In this document: piece by piece, positions 1-13,200 of the stretch
How the letters are laid out: the number at the start of each line of letters is the position of its first letter
Numbering within the stretch: position 1 is the stretch's first letter
DNA from: Tubulanus polymorphus
Lineage: Eukaryota; Animalia; Nemertea
DNA length: 64,000 nucleotides
Assembly: GCF_964204645.1 (NCBI RefSeq)
Contig: NC_134034.1
Span: 5,120,914 to 5,184,913, forward strand
Direction: 5' to 3'
Notes under the pieces: model-generated
What the model saw: the letters and a program-made list of their open reading frames with translations, nothing else
The model's database searches: none
Told to the model about the DNA's origin: nothing
Made by a program: the position numbers and the translations under genes

Positions 1-1055
1 CGATGTCGCTGGCCTTTACCCAATGAAGTTAATTAATTTTATCTTTCCAAAGCGGAAAGGTCAGTAATAATCAAGTGAGATCCGTGAGCCGTATATGAAA
101 TAAAAAGTATGTAGGCCTTCTCTCCCTGACGCTCTGATTATTTGAATGCGTCGGAAAGATTCTTCCCAACAAACTATGCAGATATTTGAGCTGTGTTGAA
201 TTTGACTGATAATTATTCCAGGGTACCGAAATCAGTTATTGTAATTTTGTTTGATGTTACAGCATCAGTTCCACAAACGTGTATCTTTACATGTCGAACA
301 TTGAGAATGCGATTCTGGTTAGTATGATATAATTCCGATATTTCGACGATCGTGTGAATCCCGGCTATTTGCTCGTTAAATCTAAAGAACGTCTGCAAGT
401 GCGACCCTTCCCTGTATTTATCCTGAATACTTTTAAATCATACTAGGGGATATACTTGCAACACAGCTTTTGCTCCGAAAACTCTCCCAGATCTTACTAT
501 TGAGGTTCGACAGTACCATAAAGCAGGATTAAGTGGGTGAAGTTTGGTTAAAAAGGCGTTACTATTGTAAACTAATTGAAACCGAATATCAGTTAGTCAG
601 AAAATAGCGAACCATTCGATTGTGAACGGCCGCTAGATTTTGGACCAAATTCCAAGATGGCTGTTATACTGCGAAATACGTAAGGCCGAATATTATAGTG
701 CGTTCCATTGTAAGATCCGACCACTAGTCGACTACTTCAGAAAACCAAAGTTTGCCCTAGGTGAAAATCGATCGACTATTAGCGGATAAGTGAAACCGAA
801 TGTCATTATAGTTCGAAAATGGTCACGCAATATTGTGTGCGGTCATTCTAGTTCAGACGTGGTTCATAGTTTCGGGCACTGGGGGAAATTTACATGATAA
901 CATATGTATACGTATAATAACTATAGTGCGTCGATGAACACTAGTCAACTATCCACGAAATGCCGATGTTAATTTAACAACACTAAATGTCCATGATAAT
1001 TGTTGTATACATTTCATCTATATTCTAAATTCCTTTAATGTTTAAATGTTTACGT

Positions 1056-1318
1056 GTAATAGCTCTTTGTTTCTTGAGACAGTTTGTCTGTGTCTAACGC
1101 GTTAATTGTTGTTTGTCTCACTGTCATGTCACTACTCGTCACCTTTGTTTTTGTATCATTTTCCAAGTCTCCACCTGTCTCGTATCTCAATGTATATAAA
1201 TAGTTTGTGTGTAAAAATAAATCAGTTCCAGTTTCGGTATTCCAAATTGATAGTTCGCTCGTTACTCTTTCGCTCTGTTCCGGATTTCTGACGTCGACCT
1301 TTCTTCGAGAATAGGACA
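1056..1318 (+). mobile_element. Possible solo LTR
   Basis: TG...CA-bounded segment with TATAAA near 1195 followed by AATAAA near 1216. No convincing TSD and the left boundary is uncertain. Confidence 0.3.
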
Positions 1319-2744
1319 GAATATAGCTTTGCTAATTTAACTCGCTGATCCTGAAAAATGATAGTGGTTAGAATCCTGCAGTTTTAAAGAGGAAAGGATG
1401 TTTACGTTGAACGGATAGTTTTACTGGAAGGCTTGTGGACTGTAAACCTGTTCGGTTGAGGGTCTGATGATGCTCACATGCAGTGAATATCCTAATATCA
1501 AATTTCAAGCACCAATCACATCCATAAATGCGTATGATGCAAATACGCATTTAGCCATTTATTTACAATATTGTTATCAATACGGCAGTCATACGAGAAT
1601 GGAACCTCGCCCAATCGCGAGTGCAGTAGACAGTTAAACTGTCATTTACATGAACTGAATACACCCTACGCAAACTCACTTCGCAACCAAATCCAAACGG
1701 TATTGAATTCCCTCTTGACAGCCGTCACCGTTGGTGTCAGCAAAGAATTTGTACGCCTCGGTGATTATCTGAACTTGTCCCCGTCTCGTCTCTGATTACT
1801 GATCAGAATTTTAATAGCCGAATGCATTAATATTTAAACAGAATCCCTGAGGGGTTTTCGTTAAAAATTGCTCATTAAAAATTGAAGATTGCCTTTGAAA
1901 TGCTTTTGTTTCTAATGTATATGGAATGAAAGGTGATGGTTTAATAGATCGAGCATATAGAACTGAGCTTATAGAATAGAAATGATGGTACTCCGTATTT
2001 ACACCAAATTCCCCCATCACTAAAAGTCTGGCTCTGAACGGTTCAGTTACCGACCCCGAATTGTCCCACCAGGTCAGAATTTCGCATTCACAGGCATGTT
2101 CGGAGAAGAGAAGGGAATCTAATGTTTCTAATCTGAGGAAAAAGACACCTGATGTTTGTGTCTTCTAAGAATAATTTCAAACTCTCAAACCGTGCCACAC
2201 GCAAACGTGAAAATACAGCGTGGGGGAAAATTGGGGATTCTGATCCAGTCCCCTCTTAACACGTCCACCGCCCAGAGCTGCCTTTAACAACACACACAAA
2301 TCCAAAAAAAATCTAAAAACTACTTAAAGCTAACCAAAACGGAACCCAAAACACTAAAAATCTATCTTTCATCCAGCTGTAGATAACTATTTAGATTTTT
2401 AACACGACGTAACTTTCTTCTTGACTAGTGCTCTTAGTGCTCTGTATTTCTTACAACGGTAGAAAATAAAGGCACGCAAATGACAATAGATAATAGAACA
2501 TAGAAAAACTTTGCCGTAGATATACTGTAAATTATGACATCATTTTGACACGCCACACCATTTACTTGAAACTATCTTTAACGTGTCAAATGTTTCCTTA
2601 AACTATTTCCCGTTTTGACAAAATAGTTCGACGGTTCGACGCGCCAAAACTAAAAAACAGTTTCAGGCGGCAAGAATGCTAGCGTGGATATAGGCCTGCT
2701 GTTGAAACCGAATATAATTTTTCACCTGTTGTCAACATGAAAGC

Positions 2745-3090
2745 TCCCATTGTCCTTCGGACAGGAAAACAATCAAAGGCTTCGGATATTCAGTCATGCA
2801 AATCAATGTTGTCTTTTCATTCACTAAATAGTCATTCATAGGCCTATAACGCGTCAAATTTGATGTGACGCAGGCATACTCTTTCATTCTATTCCGTTGC
2901 AGGTGATGCATGTACAAGCGTATGCCTGCGGGATGCTTCGAAACCCAAACCCGATGAACATCAGTTTGTTAAGGGGCTGTCCATAAAAGAAGCCTATAAA
3001 AACCCTCTCCCATTGTCCTTCGGACAGGAAAACAATCAAAGGCTTCGAATATTCAGTCATGCAAATCAATGTTGTCTTTTCATTCACTTA
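2745..3090. repeat. Direct duplication of about 85 bp (2745-2827 and 3008-3090)
   Basis: ctcccattgtccttcggacaggaaaacaatcaaaggcttcg...ttttcattcact occurs twice. Confidence 0.9.
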
Positions 3091-4782
3091 ATCATTTACA
3101 TGTATTATACATTCTGGACTACAGTTTCCAGGCCACAAATGATACCATTCTCAAAATCCCTGAAAATGACCAAGCAGACAGGTATTTATCCTTATCTATT
3201 AAAAAAACATGATTCTTTGGAAATATTGACTAGGCGGGAAGCATTTTTATTTTCAATGAAAATATATGGGCTCAACCTATGTTTGTTTTTTCTTAAAGAC
3301 TAATATACCCAGCTTTTACAAGTAAAATGTGTCGTAAAAAGGTCAACCGAAAATCACTACAAATACTCCCACTGAATGAAAACATTGTCAAAAATATCTT
3401 TTACAGTTTTCAACATGCCTTGAATATCATATTGATTTATTGGCATGAAGGGAGCGCTTGTAAAAACGACTGTGGAATTTCCCGTAAAATGGACCAATCG
3501 CCGAACATTTCAGCAAGCAAGGAAGTATTTCGCAAATTGATGTATGACTTGAGCGAAGTCCACAGTACTGACTTTACTATGCCCAGTAATAAAGTCACAA
3601 AGCACCTTGTTCGAGGTATTTTTGTGTGAACTGGTATATACTCACGCATATAAGGGGATTCAAGCAGATGGATATGGAGCAATATCATTACGTTGGTGCT
3701 ACGATAGCAATACAATGGACTGAAGAATTAGTCGCACCTACGAGCAATTATCTCAATCGTTGAGATGATTGCTCGTTGGTCGCACACACGCAAGTGTCGA
3801 TTGTCTGTTCGGTCACCAAGAAGTGAGTTGCATTTCGCTCGCTGGTAAAATCAGTTGAATCTTACTGTAGATGCACCTAACGATATGCGAAGATTCACAT
3901 TCTGGAGAACCAGGACCGACTTCCCATTATGATTAAATAAATGGTTTTCAACGCCGTCAAAACAATCACCATTCATCTTGATTTAGCATTACATCAAAGC
4001 AAGTTGCACAGTCGTGACTATAAGTATGGTATCAAATCTTGGAACAGGTATGAAGTTACCCCATTTCTATCGACCCATATATATTAGTATTGCCTGAACG
4101 ATATAACTTAGCTGTGCCATGGATGTATAAACTAGATTATAGTTTGTACGTCCATGGTTTTACATGCTTGATCATCGGCATGGCATACGTGGCGACATTT
4201 TCAAATCGAGTGAATTACGTATCTATTGATACAGAGAGATAGCAAGGCGAGGAGCGGACGTTTTTGTTTATATCGGTCTCTCAGAAGTGGTGGTGGCGAA
4301 TCCGTATAACTTTTTCTTCGATCGTATGTTACAAGAGGATATCAAAGGTCATCAGTTAAATGAACCATACTGTCGCGTTAATTAAACTATTGCGACTGTC
4401 GTAAAAGAAGACTTTAAACGACCGGTTTACGGTACATGTCGTTAATTGCCTAGTTACTCAGGTAATATCCGGTTCAATTATCGTTTAGTTGCAGCAATGC
4501 GCCGCAGACGGAATTTTCCGAAAAAAGACTTTCTCCTTGATCCCGAATTCACCCGATCTTTTCGCTTGCTTGAATTAAACTGAATTCAACCTACACTAGT
4601 TCTTATTCGTATTACGGTGTCTGTTTGAACGTATAACTATGATTATATGGACCTTCTTTACTTAACTAAACCAAACCAATGTCAACTCAACGAGGGAAAT
4701 CAATATTAACGTTAACATTAAGTACATGTAACACAAATTAGATCCCTAATGAACATATCCAGTCCCCTCCCTCCATAACCTA

Positions 4783-4791
4783 TAATAATAC

Positions 4792-4828
<37 letters not shown>

Positions 4829-4836
4829 ATGATAAT
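4783..4836. repeat. (AAT)n microsatellite
   Basis: Visible aataataat run. Confidence 0.9.
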
Positions 4837-6062
4837 ACAGCACGGGTATCTTATCATCAATGTCAGATCAAGCTACTCGACGATAAAAAATCAGAAATGT
4901 ATTAATCATAACGGCAACGTACGATATCGACACCGAATACGAGAATAACATAACCAAATACCAAAATAGGAACAGTTGACGAGTTTTTTAAGAGGCCGTC
5001 ATCGAACAGTAAGACCGTGACTTTCCTCGACAATTTATTTGCATTTTGTCGAAGCATGAATTAAGCGACTTTAAGACTTCCATAAACATTCTGTCGTAGG
5101 TTGAAAAGACATTTTGTGGATTTACGTGTTTTAACGATTACAAAATTCACTGCATACTGAAATACATGTAGTTTACTTTAAAATTGTAAAGGCAACAGAT
5201 CGATTGGAGGATTCAAATTCTGTGCGTCGTCAAACGTTAATTTCATAAACCCAAGTGACACATCTGAATCGTCGAAAAACAGACTCATAACAGAATATGA
5301 TCTGGAGCAACAGGTTTCCGGGCGCGTGTACCTAGTTCTTAAACCACATTCGTGGTATCCGTAACGATAGTAAACCTGTCTCCAAGAAAATCTCGCCTTT
5401 TTAACGTTTCTTCACGCATAGGAAGACTGTTCCCTTCTTTATATCCGGACACATTTCTGAATGATTAGAATCGTTATCGATATGAAATGCTCGATAGAAA
5501 ATATAACTTAGAAGTGAAAATCGATGTCGCTCAGTTTTACGACATTGTACCCGAATTCACACGAGAATCGCTCTAATTCCGTAGGAGGATGTAAAATAAG
5601 TGGCATTCGTTCGTATAAAACAAACGTTAAATCTAATACACAATAAAAAATGTCTAGGGTTTAAAAACAGGCAGCATAGTTATTAAAATTAAAGAAATCA
5701 GCAAAATGCGGAGGTTGACACTAGAGACTATGTTGGTAAAATAAATCTTTTCAACTGCTTGTGGGTTCTAAAATGTGCCAACCCATGATTTGGTGATTTT
5801 GGTAATAGGTTAAAATGAAATTGATTTTATAGAAATAAACATTTCTATTATATAGTATAGGATCATTCATTTATTACGTACGCATAAAATTTGAATTGTT
5901 CAACCCCCCCTTCCCTTGTGTACGCAAAATCGGCCATTTTTTCATATACATTAATCATTACAGTACGCTGACCCTTCCCCTCCCACCGTTGTATTGACAA
6001 CAGCCCCAGGGACGTCACACGCATGAAAATTAAACAATCGTCTCATTGGACACGCGAAAGGC

Positions 6063-7479
6063 CATGGGTCAACTCCAGAATAGGTCAATATAGTTCCATC
6101 GTAAAGGGTTTTCTTTAATGAAGTGAGCGGTTCGGTTTCAAATTGCCGACCTTATTTTACTTGTCGACAATTCCAACGATTTCAAATTACTGACCAATTC
6201 TAATTGTCGACAATTCCGACGATTTCAAATTGTTGAAGGGAAGATACATTTTCAAGCAAAGACACGGCCCCTCGATCCCACCATCCACTTTGAATCTATA
6301 ATCTACGGACACACCCGGCCCCTCGATTCCAGCCACTTCATATAGAGGTAATCTACGGAAAAACACAGCCCCTTTAGGGTAATCCACACACACACCCCCT
6401 CGATCCCTGCAGCCACTTTATATAAGGGTAATACACGCAAACACACAGCCCCTCGATCCCAACCACTTCATTTAAGGGTAATACACGCAAACACACAGCC
6501 CCTCGATCCCAGCCACTTTATCTAAGGGTAATACACGCAAACACACAGCCCCTCGATCCCAGCCACTTTATATCAGGGTAAATCTAAATCGACGATCTAA
6601 ATATAAGGGTAATCCACGCACACACACAGCCCTCGATCCCAGCCACTTCATTTAAGGGTAATACACGCACACACACAGCCCCTCGATCCCAGCCACTTTA
6701 TTTAAGGGTAATACACGCAAACACACAGCCCCTCGATCCCAGCCACTTTATTTAAGGGTAATACACGCAAACACACAGCCCCTCGATCCCAGCCACTTTA
6801 TCTAAGGGTAATACACGCAAACACACAGCCCCTCGATCCCAGCCACTTTATTTAAGGGTAATACACGCAAACACACAGCCCCTCGATCCCAGCCACTTTA
6901 TATCAGGGTAAATCTAAATCGACGATCTAAATATAAGGGTAATCCACGCACACACACAGCCCTCGATCCCAGCCACTTCATTTAAGGGTAATACACGCAC
7001 ACACACAGCCCCTCGATCCCAGCCACTTTATTTAAGGGTAATACACGCAAACACACAGCCCCTCGATCCCAGCCACTTTATTTAAGGGTAATACACGCAA
7101 ACACACAGCCCCTCGATCCCAGCCACTTTATTTAAGGGTAATACACGCAAACACACAGCCCCTCGATCCCAGCCACTTTATTTAAGGGTAATACACGCAA
7201 ACACACAGCCCCTCGATCCCAGCCACTTTATTTAAGGGTAATACACGCAAACACACAGCCCCTCGATCCCAGCCACTTTATTTAAGGGTAATACACGCGC
7301 ACACACACACGGTCCCTCGATCCCAGCCACTTTATATCAGGGTAAATCTAAATCGTCGGAATTGTCGACAAGTAAAACAGGGCGGCTACGCTCATTGATT
7401 TCCCTACTCGCGGAAGAATACGTGTTATGTACTCAGCCTGGATGGATCTACTTTTACCTGTTCTGGAGTTCGAACCGTC
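6063..7479. mobile_element. Non-autonomous TIR-bounded element carrying a central 50-bp tandem array
   Basis: Imperfect terminal IR (aactccagaataggt at 6071; acctgttctggagtt at 7456) and inner IR (ttttacttgtcgacaattcc near 6156; ggaattgtcgacaagtaaaa near 7358). Related ends recur at 43924-44378 and 46332. Confidence 0.7.
6260..7345. repeat. Tandem array of about 20 x 50-bp units (cacacagcccctcgatcccagccactttatttaagggtaatacacgcaaa)
   Basis: Directly visible near-identical head-to-tail units; the left edge is more degenerate. Confidence 0.97.
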
Positions 7480-7538
7480 TTGGAAATGGGGTGGCATACA
7501 TAACTGAATTCATTGTTGGCTTGGGAAAGGAAATCACA

Positions 7539-8633
7539 ATGGCGTCGTACATTTGGCCCTACTTGTTTGGTACTTCCGACTCGGTGTCTACCACGCATCA
7601 AAATCAAGCTCGTATAGCAGCAGACAGAACAGCAACTAAGCCTTACTTCATATGTTTTACGTACAGTGATGGCGGTTACGAAGAACACGTTTTTCCAGTG
7701 ATAAATATGTGTTTACTTGGCCGACAAAATGAGAGGTCATGCAGTTTGAATGCGAGATTAGTTTACTTCGAATTTGATAGAAACGGCCGCGAAATTCGGA
7801 GGCGATACAAACTACTTGCGGAGACAAGCGGTAAAAGAAGCGAAAACGAGAATGAGACTTTCCCAATCTACGACAAACTCCTGACTGCTGTCGTCAATGA
7901 TTGTGGTAAATCTCGATATCTCGGGCCATCGCTTAACGCGAACGACAAACGACCTCTTGTAAACTACACCCTCCGGTGTTTTCATTTCTACATACAACAT
8001 CTAGTAATCAGAAGAACCTGGCCGCCACATGGGCTACGTACAAGCGGCGAAGAGAATATAAGTCATTTCAAAAAGTCCACGCGCATAAAATCGAGTCGAC
8101 GATTTTGTCGTAAGCATCGGAAAGTGGAAACTAAAAAATCAAACAGTGATGAAATGCTTCGACGTCGAACAGGCAGTGGCACATACATCCCCGTAACAGA
8201 AAATGTTTCGAAACTAGTTTCTCTAGAAAGATTTGAATTCCAAAAATGTCGGGAAAGTGTAGTCGGGGCAGTTTTAAAAGATCCGCAGTTTCGTTTAGAT
8301 ATTGTGATCGAACGTCAGTCAGACGACTCTCCGGAATTACGCGCATTGAAGTCTGACTTCGTCGGTCATGCGTTAGAGATATTTTTCTTTCCCTGGTCAC
8401 AAGTGCGCGTATCTTGGGTAGAATCGATCGGTCCCGAAGTCGCTCGAACTTTCACCTGCTACGATGCGTTTACAATTGATCACGGCAACATCTTCGACGC
8501 CAAGGCCGTTTTGACGTCGTCCGTCGACGCAAGTGGTTTACTACGTCACGGGAACATGTGCTTCTACGAAATCATAGCTTCCACGTTAGAATTACGCCGC
8601 GAACAACTATTGGTGATACAAATGTCTGAATAG
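7539..8633 (+). CDS. Intronless ORF of unknown function (364 aa from the first ATG)
   Basis: 1.1-kb open frame in AT-rich DNA. ATG lies in a good context (cacaATGg) and AATAAA follows near 8764. The longer 7362 start in the ORF track is a non-ATG read-in from the adjacent repeat end. No domain recognised. Confidence 0.6.
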   Translation: MASYIWPYLFGTSDSVSTTHQNQARIAADRTATKPYFICFTYSDGGYEEHVFPVINMCLLGRQNERSCSLNARLVYFEFDRNGREIRRRYKLLAETSGKRSENENETFPIYDKLLTAVVNDCGKSRYLGPSLNANDKRPLVNYTLRCFHFYIQHLVIRRTWPPHGLRTSGEENISHFKKSTRIKSSRRFCRKHRKVETKKSNSDEMLRRRTGSGTYIPVTENVSKLVSLERFEFQKCRESVVGAVLKDPQFRLDIVIERQSDDSPELRALKSDFVGHALEIFFFPWSQVRVSWVESIGPEVARTFTCYDAFTIDHGNIFDAKAVLTSSVDASGLLRHGNMCFYEIIASTLELRREQLLVIQMSE

Positions 8634-10244
8634 CGAAACAATCTGACTGGCGATCGACATTTTTCGACACAAAATACCGTACTGCAATAATTGATTTTAA
8701 ACTAAGGTACACCGTACGTACCTTGACAGAATATACAATTCGGTAGTTGTATTTTCATCTTTGAATAAAAAACTAGTTTACACCCTTTAAGATATTTTTT
8801 TTCTTATTTTTCATACGCATCCATATTGCTATTATGAATTCTACCTTCTGGTCTCACTACTTCCATCAAATTTGTCAATGTTGCCTACAACAATTCACCC
8901 AGTTTATGGTAGGCCTAGTTGGATCCGATGATATTTGTGGCACCAAAGGTACCACGGTAAGTGGTTTTTTGGTACTTCCTAAACACGATTGAAATGACGC
9001 GCACCCGACACTTGACTTCAACGGTATGCAGTGCGAGTCATGTGGTCTCCATTGTGACCAACCAACCCAGGCCAAAAACTGAATTCAAAGCCAGGCTCAA
9101 ACGATATTTGAATTTTCACTCTGATTTGATTCGTTGTCATAAATGATAGAGTTGTTACCCGATAAATTCATCCAGGAATGAAGCTTCATTGAAAATCACT
9201 GATACGTACCTTAAGGCAACAGAACCAGTCATCCAAGAAATGTCAAATTGGTCAAAGCCAAATCGAACTTTAATTATGAATAAAGTCGCAGACTGGGGAT
9301 ATACCATACGTTGAAACTTAAACGATTATATTCCAAATCTTAAGTACTAAAATAATTACCGGCCTTCATTTTGGACACATAATTCAGAGTGTAACCATCA
9401 GCCATTGGCATTGCCTTGCAGTATCATTGTCTATTTAGCTGAAATGCCATTACTATCTCGTCTCTAAGATCCAAATGAGGGTTTTTGAAAGCTAAGTTGG
9501 CGATTATAAATCTATGTACTATTTGTTGTGAAGTTTCGAAAATAAAAGATGGTAAAGATTCGTGGGTGTGTAACGTATGGTTTGTTTCAATCGGTGACTC
9601 TTTTCAAGTGCAAGTCGGTCAAATGACCAATAAGACTGGTTTTGTTCCCTTTATGCATCAGTGATTTTTCATGAAAGTTTAACAGTACCGTATGAATGAA
9701 ATATCCAATTGCTTCACTTTAAAGAAATATATGAAATGAGTGACATTTTTTCGGGAAACCCTAGGCCTTGGAGATCTACCACTAAGCATGTCATGTTGAC
9801 AATGTTATGGTCTCTAACCTCATGGATCTCTAGAGACATTTAGCATCGTTTGAACTTAAGGCCAAAAATTATCCTTCGTAACGAGACTTCAGATGTTCTA
9901 CACATGCACGGTATATGACTTATGGTAATAACACGACTTTTCTGTTTTTTGAAGCTCGTGTTTTTACCAGATCCCACAATTATAGACCGACGCTTGAAAA
10001 CCAATTTCTTTTTAGAAATTAACGTTTAATTGAAATAATATACCATTAGCCTAACAAACATCTCAAAAATTTCATAAATAAATTATCACACATTCTCTCA
10101 AATAACAACTAAGACTGAAAACATTTTCAGAAAATTGCCTTATTTAGAAACTCATTCGTTACAAGCGGTTACACGATGTAGAAAGTTATCCATACGTTTG
10201 TTAGAGATTTCAATTTCTCTAGTCTCTCACTCGTCGAGTTTTAA

Positions 10245-13200
10245 TTAATGATTAACTAAGGCTTCGTGTTTTCCGTCGTAAGACCCGCGACCTTGAACTA
10301 CGAGTTTGACGGGACTTTCACCTAGCATTCCTCGAATAACGAACGTACTAGAATAATCTTCGTTATGTCTAAAAAATAAGAATATCACACGATAGGAACC
10401 ATTGGAATCTAAAAAACAATTCACGCGAAAAGTTCATTGTGAAGCAAATAAAAGTATGATTTGTGCAAATAATTAGTCGATAATGAAGTACTTACTTTGC
10501 AGTGAAATATATCTTGATCAAGACATTACTGTTTGAAACGTGTGTGATGTAGGCATCCAGTAGACCACTACTGGGAATGAGTCTAAATGTCTCGGGTGTA
10601 CATGTATCGCTCATTACTTCTGTAATTAGTTAATTAATGAGCGTTATTTCATGATACCAATTATAACCATTTCTTTTCTGCCATTTAAAACTGACCGACA
10701 GTTGTCGTCCAATAGCTGTTGGATGAAGTGCGGTTTGACAATTCCACTTCAAGCGAACGTTCCTGTCCAACTAGACACGTTCCAAAATCCAAATGTGATT
10801 TCGTCAGTTGCAAACTAGGTATCGTCAATAATGCCTCTAATGGAACGATCTGTGAATACAAAAATAGAAATTAATATAAAACTTCATAAAACATTCAAAT
10901 ATTGTCAAAACTAGGGGTTCAGGGAAATCATGAGCAGTTTTTGAAAATGGCCCATAGAATCGATTTGAATTGAATTATTGTGTGTATCGTAGAAGATAGG
11001 GATTGTCTGACAATCATTCCAAACGTTCCTTCGCCTGCCCTCATGACACTGTATCACCTTAAAACTCAGTACTGGCACTAGATATATCAAAATCAATATT
11101 GAGATTATGACGAGGTGCATCTTTTATTTGATTACGACAAAATGTTTCGTCCTTCAAGCCTTCATCATTTGAGAAATAAATTCGACGGTTGCAGCAACAA
11201 TACCTTGTTGATAAGGAGACATTAATGTTTAATGTCTTGAAGGCCAAAACGTTTTGTAGTAATCATATAAAAGATTCACCTCCTCACATCTCTATATTCA
11301 TTTTAATACATCTTAGCGGAGGCGAAGGGAACAAGATAATTATCACATCATCAAACTGGCACTAGATATTCGACTTTGGATGAATCGTGTTAGAAATTTT
11401 GGAAATACAGTTCTCACGAGGAAAAGAATGCTGGGCATAATTTTCGTTATTTGGCCATTGAAAAAAACTTATATAACAGTACCTGCTCAGTGCCGTTGTT
11501 AAATTTAATTTCTAGATTCTGTTTAAACTGTAACTGACGACATCCATCATCACCAGCTCTCAGCAGAGATACACCTTCAACCTCAGCTTCGTTGTGTTCT
11601 TCAGATTCCAATAATTCTACATACTTCAGTAAATCTAACGTCATATAGAAACCAAGCTCGACCTGTGAATAAGAATTGATGATTAAAAATTAAACTAGGG
11701 GTCTAGGGATACCATGGTAGCTCGAAATGCCCAACAATCAAATTACAATGTTCAATGTCCCTGGTGAACATATGAAAAAACAATGACCTTGAAACTCACC
11801 AAAATCATAGAACATGTCATGAGCTACAGCCTCGCATTTGATAGCGGTTACAGAATATCAACATGTAACAATATAAACAGACAATTTGTACATATAATTT
11901 AATATCTAACTCCCCTGGTATTGATGTATTAGATGCATGGTTACTGTGAGTACTCAGTACAACTGGAAGTTGTCATGATGTGGTATTATGTGGCATTGTT
12001 TATGAATACTATGGCTATTGAATAAGAGTTCAATTCTCATCCGTGCAAATCAACTGTGTTTTGTACGCCATCTCCTGATTCTAAGGACATCCTCAACATG
12101 GTGGCAGCGGTATTCAAGGACTGCACATTCTAAATTCAACGGTGAGCTATTGATTGATTGATTGAATGATGAAAAATGGCTGAAAACGTAGACGTGTCAC
12201 TAAGGCCATCGCTGGGTGTGTTTTGCTCACCGCCGCAGCTGAATCTAGCAGACGGCGATGTCGCAGATAATTTCAGAAGATGGAAACGTCAAATGGAGAT
12301 TTACCCGAGTATTGCAGTGGCACCGGGTATGAGTGACGAAACGAAGGTAGCGATTATATTGCACTGTGCTGAGCCGAAGGTAATCGAGATTTATGATCAA
12401 GTTCAGTGGAACGAGGACCATGATGATAAAAAGTCGGACAAGCTGCTTGAGAAATTGGAGAAGTAGCTTACTATGACGCAGGAAAAGATCTTGTGCTACA
12501 AGCCGATAGTTTGCGTACTGGGATGGGCGATGTATTACTCCAAGATGGTCGACCGATCGAGTATGCGTCACGTACGCTGACCAGTTCGAAGTGAAACTGG
12601 GCGCAGATAGCATATCGAGCGAAATTAGACAAATGACAGATACGCGTGAACCATGCCAAGATCTGAGGCCGCAGAACCAGCGAGAAACGTTGTGACAGCA
12701 TCCCGATGGAAGCGAACCATTCGAAAAGATTGCCTATGACTTTTTCGAGATCGAGGGGTCCAACTACCTTGTTACAGTAGATTATTTCTCGAGCTGGATA
12801 GAAATTGCATATGCCTACTACGAAATGTGTATCAGTCCTCAAACAGCAATTTGAGCGTTATGGGATTCCGAAGCAAATCGTGACCGATCCGGGTAATCAG
12901 TTCACTAGTCGTGAATGCAAGGAATTCTTGCACGTATGGAGAATTAACCATATTGAAGCGTCTCCATTTCACCATAGTGCGAATGGCAAAGCCGAAACCG
13001 CTGTAAAAACAATCAGACATCTGATCATTAAATCGATGAAAAGTGGTACCGATTTGCTACAGGCTCTACTAGAGCGCTGCAATACACCACGTCAGGATAC
13101 CGGTTTGAGCCCGGCCGAACTGATGCTCGGAGGTAATGCGCTCATTCATCCCGATGCAAAACCACGCGAAACGCCTGACAGATGTTTGTCGAAAAATTAC

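Noticed and set aside
6260-7345. CRISPR-like regular repeat array
   Set aside because: Units are head-to-tail with no unique spacers, there are no cas genes, and the context is eukaryotic. It is a satellite.
7362-7538. N-terminal extension of the 423-aa ORF
   Set aside because: Non-ATG start within the TIR element end; the first ATG is at 7539.
10911-11120. Signal-peptide-like ORF (MHLVIISILILIYLVPVLSF) in DLEC1 intron 19
   Set aside because: Short AT-rich intronic ORF that ends in a repeat remnant; the flanking DLEC1 exons join in phase without it.
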